Below are positions 10,080-19,152 of a stretch of DNA of 32,000 nucleotides, one piece after another; position 1 is the first letter of the stretch, and each line of letters begins with the position of its first letter. A model generated the notes under the pieces. The model made no database searches and was not told the DNA's origin. It saw only the letters and a list, made by a program, of their open reading frames with translations. Origin of the DNA: Acaryochloris marina MBIC11017 (GTDB taxonomy: Bacteria > Cyanobacteriota > Cyanobacteriia > Thermosynechococcales > Thermosynechococcaceae); contig NC_009925.1 in NCBI RefSeq assembly GCF_000018105.1, positions 1,260,001 to 1,292,000 on the forward strand, in the 5' to 3' direction. Made by a program: the position numbers and the translations under genes.

Positions 10080-11144
10080 CTATAAGCCAGAGGCATGAAT
10101 TTGGTAGGATATCTCCTCTATCGGCAGATTATTGATGTCGTGGTTATCATAAGTCAGCTGTAGCCGACGCTCACCCGCATAATCTACTAATTTGCCGCCA
10201 TAAAGTTCTGCTTTTGAACCAAGGCTCTGGATATGGACTTTCCCTTGAAAGACCGTTGCGCGGGCAAGATAGATCACAAGATCATCTCTAGAAGGTCTAT
10301 TCACGGTGGTACTGGCTGTTAAATGTGCCAGCCCCCTCTCGTCCATTTCTTGAGTCAAGGCCATAGAGGTGTTGCGAATCCCGCGAATGGCAACGATTGC
10401 AGATGCAACAGCTAAGGTAATATCTACGCCTTCTTCGGTATAGATTTTTTGGGTAGAAAGGAACTGGAAATTTTTTTCTCCTAAATCATCCCGGATGCGT
10501 CTATGTATCAAATTATGGGGATGATAGTGACTTAAGGCATCGGCAATGGCTCCACAGGCTGCCCGAGGTTCCCGCCAGGGCGACTCGCGGGTTTTACCAT
10601 ATACTCGTTGCCCGTCTTCACGTAATCGCCCCACATGGGTTTTGAGATCAATGGCGACCAACACCATAGATTCAGGGTTACCGGCATAAAGACGACGACG
10701 AAGGGATTCATCAATTTGATGAGCCACAGTGACATGGGCAAGGGTTGCCCCATTATCTGTTCCTCCGCCTGCGGGGAAAAAGGCTTCGAGTTTCAGCTCT
10801 CCAATTTCCGATAGGGTTGCAAATCGAGAGGCAACAACATCTCGATATCGCTTTGTCGCTTCACCTTGGTGGATCCGATCACCACAATTGGTATAAGCCA
10901 AGGTTGTGACCACACTCGGTAAGCTTAAATCGGCACCGCACACATTGATATCCGTTTTGCTAGCTGCCGCAAACTGTAGTTCATCTCGGAGTAGCTGAAG
11001 ACCATTAATCAGGGCATACCGATCGCTAACAATTTCATTGAGATAATTGTGATAGGCATTCCGTTCCATGCCAAAACTGGCGGCCAGCTGCCAAAATGTT
11101 TCGAGGCGCTTTTGGGCAGAACTTGAATCAAATGGAATAGACAT
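10080..11144 (-). CDS. Hypothetical protein (no family recognised by eye)
   Basis: 354-aa uninterrupted ORF with host-like composition and no TM segments. It contains a GGGTDNG motif. The coding call rests only on length and codon look. Confidence 0.6.
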   Translation of the reverse strand: MSIPFDSSSAQKRLETFWQLAASFGMERNAYHNYLNEIVSDRYALINGLQLLRDELQFAAASKTDINVCGADLSLPSVVTTLAYTNCGDRIHQGEATKRYRDVVASRFATLSEIGELKLEAFFPAGGGTDNGATLAHVTVAHQIDESLRRRLYAGNPESMVLVAIDLKTHVGRLREDGQRVYGKTRESPWREPRAACGAIADALSHYHPHNLIHRRIRDDLGEKNFQFLSTQKIYTEEGVDITLAVASAIVAIRGIRNTSMALTQEMDERGLAHLTASTTVNRPSRDDLVIYLARATVFQGKVHIQSLGSKAELYGGKLVDYAGERRLQLTYDNHDINNLPIEEISYQIHASGL

Positions 11145-11375
11145 TAATGATTAATGGGTCGTATTCACAGACATTGACGCATTAATATTGTGGACAAATC
11201 TGCTGTTTGCTCCGCTTGTCTTAGTAGGACTTAACATCTACATGCTATCTCGGGCAAAAACATCTCTTACCATCATCCTGGGAAAGACAAGAACTGGGAT
11301 TTGAGTGGTCTACTCCAGGTTTGTCGACAGGATGGGAAACATAGGCAAATCCCCTGAATAGTTGGAGCGATAAAT

Positions 11376-11810
11376 GTGATAGATACTTGTCCTTTTTGTG
11401 CGATCGCACAAGGCGATGCGCCCGTCAGCACCGTCTACGAAGATGAAGCAGTGATGGCCTTTATCCCATTACATCCGGTCTATCCAGGGGCCTGTTTGGT
11501 CATTCCTAAAGCTCATATTGACCATTTCACCAACGTCCCAGATCCTTTAGCTGCGAAAGTGATTGTGGTCGCCCAACAAGTGGGCCGGAAGATCATGACA
11601 GTTTACAAGCCATTGCGGATAGGCATGTTAGTGCATGGCTTTACCGTCGCCCATGCTCATCTGCATCTCATTCCCCAATATGGCCCCCTAGATATCATGC
11701 ATAAACACTATGCCTACTGTGAGGATGGAAATGTCAAATTCGGTGATAAAGATATTCCCACCCCATCCCGCCAAGAGCTAGATCAGATGGCATCCACTTT
11801 AAAGCTCTAA
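11376..11810 (+). CDS. HIT (histidine triad) family protein
   Basis: 144 aa with the histidine triad HAHLHLIP and an N-terminal CPFC. GTG start preceded by GGAG at 11364-11367. Confidence 0.88.
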   Translation: MIDTCPFCAIAQGDAPVSTVYEDEAVMAFIPLHPVYPGACLVIPKAHIDHFTNVPDPLAAKVIVVAQQVGRKIMTVYKPLRIGMLVHGFTVAHAHLHLIPQYGPLDIMHKHYAYCEDGNVKFGDKDIPTPSRQELDQMASTLKL

Positions 11811-11831
11811 AAGCAGGGTTACCTACAAAAA

Positions 11832-11860
11832 AATCTGCTAGTTCTAGGAACTAGCAGATT
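11832..11860. terminator. Bidirectional rho-independent terminator
   Basis: Perfect 13-bp stem AATCTGCTAGTTC / GAACTAGCAGATT with loop TAG. An A-run lies upstream and a T-run downstream, between the convergent HIT and antenna genes. Confidence 0.8.
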
Positions 11861-11887
11861 ATAAATTTTTAGAAAAGTGGTGAAGGT

Positions 11888-12958
11888 TTATGCAGGAGCA
11901 TTACCTGTATCACGAGCAATAACAGCAGGGATATCTTCAAACTTGAAGCCCATTGCTTTTAAGGTGTGATAGAGGTGACCTTGCAACATATAGAAAGCTA
12001 GGTAGTAAGTAATATTTGCCAACCAAGCACGGGATGTGTAGAAACCATCTGCGAGATCAGCTGTGTCCTTAAAGTAAGGAGCAATACCGAACTTCACTTC
12101 CAGTGCAGGACCAAAGAACTCTACAGGATAAACAAGAGTATTCACTGCACAGAAATAAGCGGAGATGAATCCCATGAGGGCGAGGCCACCAATGGCAGTA
12201 CCTAAGAGACCATCAGGAGAGTAAGTATACTTGTTGACGACCTTGGACCAGGGCAAAGGAGCAACATTGATATGGAAAATACCACCAGCAATGTCGACTA
12301 AACCAATAAACAAATGTCCAGAAGCTAAGTCTTCTAAGTTATCGACAAAGAAGCAGTTATAGCCAGGTGTAAACCAGCCATACTTTAGAACCACATCGCC
12401 GATTGTAGATCCAGGTGCAGCAACGGTACGAACTTCACCAATCGTGGGGTCATAGATACCGTGGAACTTGATCCACAGAACGAATAGCAAAGCACCCGTA
12501 CCAATCAACACGAGGTGATGACCAAGGATATAACCGAGTTTCTTAGGATCATCCCAAGAGAACGCAAATTGGTCAGTATTGCCACGTCCGCCATCAGCCA
12601 ATACAGAAGGGCCAATTTTCGCATGGAAGTATGCACCTCCAAACAGAACGAAGCTGGACACCATATGAATGGCACCGATTTGGGTAAAAACGAAGGTATT
12701 AGTGACAACACCACCTGAACCAACACCAAAACCCAAAGCAGCCAAGTGAGGGATTAGAACTAATCCTTGGTCAAACATTGGGAGGCTTGTATCAAAGGCT
12801 TGGTTCTCAGAAAAAGTGTTGAGCCCAACCCAGAAAACAATTAGTGCAATCTGAGCAATATGAGCAGCCAACCATTTGCCTTGAACCGCAGGATCTTCGA
12901 GGCGGCTATTGCCCGAATACCAGGGATATTCAGGAGCAGTATCGACTTTTGTTGCCAT
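11888..12958 (-). CDS. CP43-like chlorophyll-binding antenna protein (IsiA/Pcb family)
   Basis: 356 aa with six hydrophobic helices and conserved His. It has CP43-like blocks (LIPHLAALGFG, HHLVLIG) but lacks the long lumenal loop E of PsbC. Confidence 0.88.
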   Translation of the reverse strand: MATKVDTAPEYPWYSGNSRLEDPAVQGKWLAAHIAQIALIVFWVGLNTFSENQAFDTSLPMFDQGLVLIPHLAALGFGVGSGGVVTNTFVFTQIGAIHMVSSFVLFGGAYFHAKIGPSVLADGGRGNTDQFAFSWDDPKKLGYILGHHLVLIGTGALLFVLWIKFHGIYDPTIGEVRTVAAPGSTIGDVVLKYGWFTPGYNCFFVDNLEDLASGHLFIGLVDIAGGIFHINVAPLPWSKVVNKYTYSPDGLLGTAIGGLALMGFISAYFCAVNTLVYPVEFFGPALEVKFGIAPYFKDTADLADGFYTSRAWLANITYYLAFYMLQGHLYHTLKAMGFKFEDIPAVIARDTGNAPA

Positions 12959-13632
12959 TTTCTTTATTCCAAAAGGATAATGTTTTGAGGAAAAACGACT
13001 CTATAAAATTTCGCCTGATAAAATTTATGTCACAGGAAAATGCAAGTATCTTAAACAGGCGGATGAAATAATGTTACGATGCCGCGCACTGTACAACAAG
13101 CGGTTCAGGAATTTATCCATTAGTGCTTGAGAATCAAAGCGACTCGTAAGAAACCAGCAAACGCGGAATGTCCACTATTTAACCAGCCAATTGAAGCTCA
13201 AGTATACCTTGCAGAATGCATTCAATCCGTTATCCATATGCAGTTTTGGATCGAATATCCAGATCAATCAGCCCTTATCTCCAAGCTGTTGTTGAAAACA
13301 GAATCGGGGTAACGCTTCAGACTACTTAATTTTTAGCGTTTTCACCACTAAGATTCCACACAGAAAGTAACGCTATGTAATGTTTTATTAAGCATCTTCA
13401 GAATATAGAAAAACCTTTCAATCACTGGGATCCATCTGTTCGATGGCTTGATTGATATCTCTGCTTCATCATTTATAGACATCTGCTCGCAACCACTCTT
13501 AATAAGCATTAGCAATCAGAAACAAGTCTGATCTAAAGCTTTTCTCCTAGACATGTGCCCCACTCCCTGTTATCCAGTGAGGTTACGTAACCATAACTCT
13601 TCGGATATGGAAGTGGAGGCTTGCTGAAGCGT

Positions 13633-14838
13633 ATGGCAGCCCAACAACACAGCAACATCCAACTGTTAGTCATCAGCAATGGGCATGGTGAAGATCTGGT
13701 TGCTATGCGTATTCTGCAAGTATTGCGTCAAGACATCCCCAAACTCAATGTTGATGCATTACCGATTGTGGGCATTGGTCAGAGTTATGGGGAACAGAAT
13801 ATCCCTTGTTTAGTGAAAGGCAAGGCGTTTGTGTCAGGCGGTTTTTGGGGACATGAATTTGGCCAAGATCTACAAGAAGGGTTCCTTGGCCTCACTCTGC
13901 GACAAATCAGGGCTGTTGGACAATGGTCTCATCAGGGCAGAGTAGTTTTGGCAGTTGGAGATATTGTGCCTCTGACAATGGCATGGTGGAGTGGTTTACC
14001 CTATGCCTTCGTTGGTACTGCTAAGTCTGAATATTACAGAGGCAGTCATCCTTCTTATCTAAGGCCTTCTGTTTATTGGCCTTGGGAACGTTGGCTGATG
14101 ACCCATAAGCGTTGTCGGGGCGTATTCCCTCGTGATCGCACCACGGCAACAACCCTACAGCGCTGGTCCATCCCCGTTTTCGACTGCGGTAATCCGATGA
14201 TGGACGAGTTGGAGCCTCAAAGTGAATTACCTGAGCTACCCCCTGGCTGCAAAATTCTGTTGTTACCGGGGTCTCACGCTCCTGAAGTCTTTAGGAATTG
14301 GCAGCTGATGATCTCAGCCATTGCAGGCTTAGACCCGACTCAACAGGGGTATGTGTTTTTAGGTGCGATCGCACCCGGTATTGATCAGCTGCCACTCCAA
14401 AAGATACTGATGCAGTATGGATGGTCTGCTCAGGACAACACAGCCCTTCTTCACTATCAACAGCATCAACATTCCCTACTGCTGGTGCCCAATGGTTTTA
14501 GAGATTGCTTGTCGATTGCCAATATTGTCCTGGCGATGGCTGGTACCGCCACAGAGCAAGCCGTCGGCCTCGGTAAGCCTGTCATCACGATGCCGGGCCA
14601 TGGGCCTCAGTTCACGGCCCAATTTGCAGCAGCCCAGGCTCAGCTCTTAGGCCCCTCTATTTATCACATCAGAACACCGGAAGAGTTGCCTCATATGCTA
14701 TCGGCTGTTCAGGAGCAATACCGACAGCCACAAATTTGGCTTAAAAATGGCCGCCATCGCATGGGATTACCCGGTGCCTCTGCCAAGATTGCTCAAACCC
14801 TGCAACAGTGCTTGTTAAATCCCTCAAGCTCCAAGTGA
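13633..14838 (+). CDS. Lipid-A-disaccharide synthase-related glycosyltransferase-like protein
   Basis: The ORF is open from TTG 13621, but ATG 13633 is more plausible. An N-terminal LVISNGHGED motif and a length of about 400 aa are typical of the cyanobacterial LpxB-related family. The assignment is from memory of that motif only. Confidence 0.6.
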   Translation: MAAQQHSNIQLLVISNGHGEDLVAMRILQVLRQDIPKLNVDALPIVGIGQSYGEQNIPCLVKGKAFVSGGFWGHEFGQDLQEGFLGLTLRQIRAVGQWSHQGRVVLAVGDIVPLTMAWWSGLPYAFVGTAKSEYYRGSHPSYLRPSVYWPWERWLMTHKRCRGVFPRDRTTATTLQRWSIPVFDCGNPMMDELEPQSELPELPPGCKILLLPGSHAPEVFRNWQLMISAIAGLDPTQQGYVFLGAIAPGIDQLPLQKILMQYGWSAQDNTALLHYQQHQHSLLLVPNGFRDCLSIANIVLAMAGTATEQAVGLGKPVITMPGHGPQFTAQFAAAQAQLLGPSIYHIRTPEELPHMLSAVQEQYRQPQIWLKNGRHRMGLPGASAKIAQTLQQCLLNPSSSK

Positions 14839-14989
14839 ATGGTATAAAGACGGCGTCGCAGTCACCACAGATTTATTTTTGAAAATAAAATAAAATAAAT
14901 TCTGCACTTTCTGGTTTCTGGACCGATCCCTTCGATACTCAAAGGGAAGAAAACTCTATTTTTATAAATTACTTGGAGGGTCCTTTCGC

Positions 14990-16255
14990 ATGCTGCGTGT
15001 TTCCCCACGATTTTCTAGAATTGCCCTGACCTGGGGAGTATCCCTCAGCGCCATTGCGCCCATTTTCTCAGCACTCCCTGCATCGGCCCAAGCCAATTTT
15101 TCTGATGTCAGCCTTGGATATTGGGCGCGCCCATTTATCGAAAAACTAGCTGAGGAGAATGTCATTAAAGGCTTCCCGGACGGGACCTTCAAACCTGATC
15201 AGCCTGTCACCCGTGCTCAATTTGCAGCGATTGTTCGCCAGGCATTTGATCGTGAGTCTACCCGCCAGTATCGAGGTTTTGCGGATGTCCCCACCAATCA
15301 TTGGGCCCAGCCTGCCATTGGTAAGGCTTACAGCACTCGCTTTATGTCAGGTTACCCGGGAAATTTATTTCAACCCAATCAAAGAATCCCCAAAGTCCAA
15401 GCCCTAGTCTCTTTAGCGAGTGGTCTAGAGTTAGAACCCGATGCTCCCACGGATGAGGTACTCGCGACTTTTCGGGATGCAGCAGATATCCCTGGCTATG
15501 CCGACAAAGGTGTCACAGCAGCGACGGAAGCAGGTTTAGTTGTCAACTATCCCAATGCCAACTTTTTAAATCCCAATCAGCAAGCCACTCGGGCCGAAAT
15601 TGCAGCCTTTGTCTACCAAGCCTTGGTCGATCAAGGGGATTTAGATCCGATCTCTGACAAAGCGCGGGCCAATAACTACATTGTCAAACTAGACGGCACC
15701 GCCTCCCCAGAGCAACCCAGCACACCAATCAATACGGGGAGTATCATTGCCTCTGGCTCCAAGATTCCTGTCCGATATCCAGGACCCAACAAAGTCAATC
15801 TGATTGTTGCCCCCGGAGAAACGGTAGACACTAAGCTAGAAGTCGCAGAGGACATTGTCAATACTGCAGGTACAGTGCTTATTCCCAAAGGCAGTCTGAT
15901 CGAAGGGACACTGGTACCGGTTAATGTCGGCACAACCCCTGGGACACAGTTTGTAGCTAAAACCCTCAAAGTAGGGACTCGTAGCTACGACATCAGAGCC
16001 AACTCTGATCCCCAGGTAGCGGTTTCTCGGCAATCCGTCAAACCCAATGATATTAGAGGTGCTATTAGTACAACAGCCGGTCGAACCATTCTGAACTCCG
16101 TCCTAGGCAGTGGGTTTAACTTAGGCAGTTTACTCACTGGTGCCTTGCTAAGTGGGGTAGCCACCAGCCCCTCTGCCCCTAAAGACAGCGTGATAGTCGT
16201 CGATCCAGCCGCATTGGAATTAACCATCCAATCGAGTTTGGATCTAACCACCTAG
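14990..16255 (+). CDS. S-layer homology (SLH) domain protein
   Basis: Signal peptide ending ASAQA, followed by three SLH repeats (FSDV..YWA..FI..L....I.GFPDGTFKP...VTRAQFAAIV and two more). GGAGGG RBS before the ATG. Confidence 0.85.
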   Translation: MLRVSPRFSRIALTWGVSLSAIAPIFSALPASAQANFSDVSLGYWARPFIEKLAEENVIKGFPDGTFKPDQPVTRAQFAAIVRQAFDRESTRQYRGFADVPTNHWAQPAIGKAYSTRFMSGYPGNLFQPNQRIPKVQALVSLASGLELEPDAPTDEVLATFRDAADIPGYADKGVTAATEAGLVVNYPNANFLNPNQQATRAEIAAFVYQALVDQGDLDPISDKARANNYIVKLDGTASPEQPSTPINTGSIIASGSKIPVRYPGPNKVNLIVAPGETVDTKLEVAEDIVNTAGTVLIPKGSLIEGTLVPVNVGTTPGTQFVAKTLKVGTRSYDIRANSDPQVAVSRQSVKPNDIRGAISTTAGRTILNSVLGSGFNLGSLLTGALLSGVATSPSAPKDSVIVVDPAALELTIQSSLDLTT

Positions 16256-16263
16256 ACGACAAT

Positions 16264-16311
16264 GTTTCCCCAGCCCTTGAACAATACCTCTACTCTCAAG
16301 GACTGGGAAAC
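16264..16311. terminator. Long hairpin between convergent SLH and hemW genes
   Basis: GTTTCCC(C)AG..CCTTGA pairs with TCAAGG..CTGGGAAAC, about 15 bp with small bulges. There is no clear U-tract. Confidence 0.4.
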
Positions 16312-16314
16312 AGC

Positions 16315-17529
16315 TTATGGATCTAAAGCCTGCCAAATCGCCGTCAGAATCGTGTTAGAGAACAAGAAGCCGTCCGGGTCCGTTAAACGGATGGCCTCCT
16401 CTGGATGGTGAGGTAACTGCACCCAGCCCTGCTTCTGGTAGGGAGCGAGACACTGTAGCAAAGTATTCACTATCTGAGGGCTGGCCAGATCTTGCAATGT
16501 GGAGAGGGAGACCCCCGTTGACAATCTGAGGCCCATCATTAGGGTTTCCAGCAAAATGTCCAGGTCAGAACTCACTGCATCGTTCATCTGCCCTTGGGCT
16601 GCAATCAGCCGTTTTACCCAATCGGCATAAGCTTTGCGGGTCCGAGGACGGCTAACCCTTTGTCCATGCACATAGCTGGTCGCCCCCATGCCGAAGCCAT
16701 AATAGGGGTTGTTGCGCCAATAAACTTGATTATGCCGACAGGTATACCCTGGACGGGCATAGTTAGAGATTTCGTAATGGTCATAGCCAGCAGCGGTTAG
16801 GGTAGCGACAGCGAGGCGATACATCTGTGCCGCGATTTCATCTGAGGGGAGGGGCTGGATTCCTGGCTGATACTTTTTCCCAAAAACGGTCGTGGGCTCA
16901 ATCACTAAGTCATAGGTGGAAAGATGAGTGGGCTCCAAAGCTAAAGCTGCTTCTAAACTGGCCTGCCATTGGTCTAGAGTTTGGTTAGGTAAGCCCGAAA
17001 TCAAATCCAGTCCAAAATTAGTGATACCGGCTTGGTGGAGAATTGCGATCGCATCACCGATATCCGCCACTGTATGGGAGCGCCCGCATGCTTGCAACAA
17101 CTCCTCCGAAAAAGCTTGAACCCCCAAACTGACTCTGGTTATACCCAAGGCCTTAAACTGCCGCATGAGCGGCCAGGAAAACGTTCCTGGATCCATTTCA
17201 ATGGAAACTTCTATGTCCGGCTCCAAGCCAAATTGTTGTTCTAAGCACCGCAAAATCTGCTCTAATTGCTGAGCAGATAACAGAGAAGGGGTTCCACCAC
17301 CGAAAAAGAGGGTTTTTAGAGGGCGCGGTCCCGAGGCAGTGATCTCAATTTCCTGGCATAAAAGATTGACATAATCGGCAATCGCCAAAGAGGTCTCTCC
17401 TCGCTTGTGATCTCCAATCACCGAGATGGGAAAATCACAATAAAAACAACGCCGTCGACAAAACGGAATATGAATATAAGCAGAAGTAGGCCAAGCGCTG
17501 GCAATCCGCGCAGGTTGAGCTATTTTCAC
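16315..17529 (-). CDS. hemW: Radical-SAM HemN-like protein (heme chaperone HemW / oxygen-independent coproporphyrinogen oxidase family)
   Basis: 404 aa with radical-SAM cluster motif CRRRCFYCDF and a GGGTPS block. GTG start. Confidence 0.85.
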   Translation of the reverse strand: MKIAQPARIASAWPTSAYIHIPFCRRRCFYCDFPISVIGDHKRGETSLAIADYVNLLCQEIEITASGPRPLKTLFFGGGTPSLLSAQQLEQILRCLEQQFGLEPDIEVSIEMDPGTFSWPLMRQFKALGITRVSLGVQAFSEELLQACGRSHTVADIGDAIAILHQAGITNFGLDLISGLPNQTLDQWQASLEAALALEPTHLSTYDLVIEPTTVFGKKYQPGIQPLPSDEIAAQMYRLAVATLTAAGYDHYEISNYARPGYTCRHNQVYWRNNPYYGFGMGATSYVHGQRVSRPRTRKAYADWVKRLIAAQGQMNDAVSSDLDILLETLMMGLRLSTGVSLSTLQDLASPQIVNTLLQCLAPYQKQGWVQLPHHPEEAIRLTDPDGFLFSNTILTAIWQALDP

Positions 17530-17761
17530 AAACTGGATTGCCTCAAGATAAAATCAGACCATTTACGACCAAAGTTGATCTAGATTTACGTATTTTAAAG
17601 GAATCTTTTTGGTCAAGAAAAAAAACGCCGTAAGGTCCTGAAATAAGGACACTATAATAATGATTAGAGCTATTTTTCTCTGAGAAAATAAGAAGTTCGA
17701 TAACCCACCCTTATTATCTCCAAAAAAGTATGCCTCTCCTATTAAACGGTAAGCTAGGACA

Positions 17762-18847
17762 ATGCTAGACCTATTTATCATCTTGACCTTCATTGCTGTA
17801 GGTGCAGCAGTTGGTTTTCGGGGCGTCGATATCTTACCCGACCTGTTGACCCCCAGCGAATTAGAAGGGGTTAATATTGACGGTCTGCGGTGGGTAATTA
17901 CGGGCTTTGGGGCCCTCCTCAGTTTGGGTATCGGGTTCGCCGCTCAGGTCTCTTGCCGTCGAATTGAGAAAAAGATAAAAGCTTTACCCACGGATGTCTT
18001 ACTCAGCCGATCAGCTGGTCTATTTCTGGGACTTTTAGTGGCCAATCTGATGTTGGCTCCTATCTTTTTATTCCCATTACCTAAGGAGTTTGCATTTATT
18101 AAGCCCACGGCAGCGGTTTTGGGCAGTCTGATTTTTGCATTTTTGGGGTTAACCCTAGCCGACATTCATGGCCAAACCATTTTGCGGCTGATCAATCCCA
18201 ATTCCATTGAAACCATGCTGTTGGCGGAAGGAACGCTACAACCGTCCCCAACGAAAGTTTTGGATACTAGCTGCATTATTGATGGCCGGATTGAGGGGCT
18301 ATTGCTCACGGGATTCTTGGATGGCCAAATTTTGGTCCCTCGTTTTATTTTGCAAGAACTGCAAACCCTTGCCGATGCAGGCAATGACCAAAAACGGGCC
18401 CGAGGGCGGAGAGGGTTAGATATTCTCAACCGTTTGCGCACAGAATATCCAGAACGGATCACCATACATCCTGCTGATTACGAGGATGTTTCTACCGTGG
18501 ACGCGAAGCTGGTGCGACTGGCCCAGGATATCAACGCATCCATGGTCACCAATGACTACAACCTCAATAAAGTCGCCAGCGTCCAAAATATCCAGGTTCT
18601 AAATGTCAATGATTTGGCAAAGTCCCTACGACCAATTTATCTACCCGGAGATAGCTTAGATCTCAAAATCATCAAGGCAGGTAAAGAGCCTGCCCAAGGG
18701 GTGGGGTATTTAGAAGATGGCACGATGGTGGTGGTAGAAGAAGCCAGCAACCATATTGGTGACAAGGTACCAGTCGTGGTGACTAGTGCGTTACAGACCT
18801 CGGCAGGCCGCATGATTTTTGCCCGTCCGCAAACCGCTTGGGCCTAA
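17762..18847 (+). CDS. Membrane-anchored PIN/TRAM domain protein (YacL-like)
   Basis: N-terminal TM helices, a central PIN-like region (VLDTSCIIDGRI ... TNDYNL) and a C-terminal TRAM-like segment (GDSLDLKIIKAGKEPAQGVGYLEDGTMVVVE). Confidence 0.8.
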   Translation: MLDLFIILTFIAVGAAVGFRGVDILPDLLTPSELEGVNIDGLRWVITGFGALLSLGIGFAAQVSCRRIEKKIKALPTDVLLSRSAGLFLGLLVANLMLAPIFLFPLPKEFAFIKPTAAVLGSLIFAFLGLTLADIHGQTILRLINPNSIETMLLAEGTLQPSPTKVLDTSCIIDGRIEGLLLTGFLDGQILVPRFILQELQTLADAGNDQKRARGRRGLDILNRLRTEYPERITIHPADYEDVSTVDAKLVRLAQDINASMVTNDYNLNKVASVQNIQVLNVNDLAKSLRPIYLPGDSLDLKIIKAGKEPAQGVGYLEDGTMVVVEEASNHIGDKVPVVVTSALQTSAGRMIFARPQTAWA

Positions 18848-18906
18848 TTCTCAGGAACCTGTTACTAGCGCTGAACAACCTGATATACTGGATTTTCAAA
18901 TTTCAT

Positions 18907-18978
18907 GCCGATGTAGCTCAGTGGTAGAGCACTCGATTCGTAATCGAGCGGCCGTGCGTTCAAATCGCATCATCGGCT
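18907..18978 (+). tRNA. tRNA-Thr, anticodon CGT
   Basis: Hand-folded cloverleaf of 72 nt. Acceptor GCCGATG/CATCGGC, D arm GCTC-AGTGGTA-GAGC, anticodon arm CTCGA-TTCGTAA-TCGAG, T arm GTGCG-TTCAAAT-CGCAT, discriminator T. CCA is not encoded. Confidence 0.9.
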
Positions 18979-18990
18979 TCCTACAAAAAC

Positions 18991-19021
18991 CAAGGCTTTC
19001 AACCATCAGACAAGGCTTTCA
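18991..19021 (+). repeat. 11-bp direct repeat CAAGGCTTTCA x2, start-to-start 20 bp
   Basis: Copies at 18991-19001 and 19011-19021, immediately 3' of the tRNA. Possible recombinase or host-factor binding sites. Confidence 0.5.
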
Positions 19022-19093
19022 GAGGACGTTTCACGAGCAGTTCTCTGTTTTTCATTGGGCCTAGTTGGGTACCGTTAGACCTGTTTAGGGTAC

Positions 19094-19148
19094 AGATTGA
19101 GATAAAGATTGAGATAAAATAGTAGAGTTATCGATCAAATTATCTCAA
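19094..19148. repeat. Candidate arm-type sites: AGATTGAGATAA tandem x2 plus an inverted TTATCTCAA
   Basis: Perfect tandem 12-mers at 19094-19105 and 19106-19117. The reverse complement of TTGAGATAA lies at 19140-19148, 5 nt before the integrase ATG. Confidence 0.5.
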
Positions 19149-19152
19149 GTAC

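Noticed and set aside
12844-13312. ORFs 12844-13071 and 13127-13312, and Fur-box-like AT-rich words (GATAATG at about 12975, TGATAAAATTTATGTCA at about 13015) upstream of the antenna gene
   Set aside because: The ORFs have no RBS, motif or coding-like composition. The Fur-like words are short, imperfect and expected by chance in AT-rich DNA, so I do not call iron regulation.
17563-17793. 76-aa minus-strand ORF in the hemW / PIN-TRAM divergent intergenic region
   Set aside because: It is an AT-rich, low-complexity translation that overlaps the start of the PIN/TRAM gene. This is most likely promoter DNA.
18819-19064. 81-aa ORF spanning the tRNA-Thr gene
   Set aside because: It reads straight through a well-folded tRNA, so it is an artefact.
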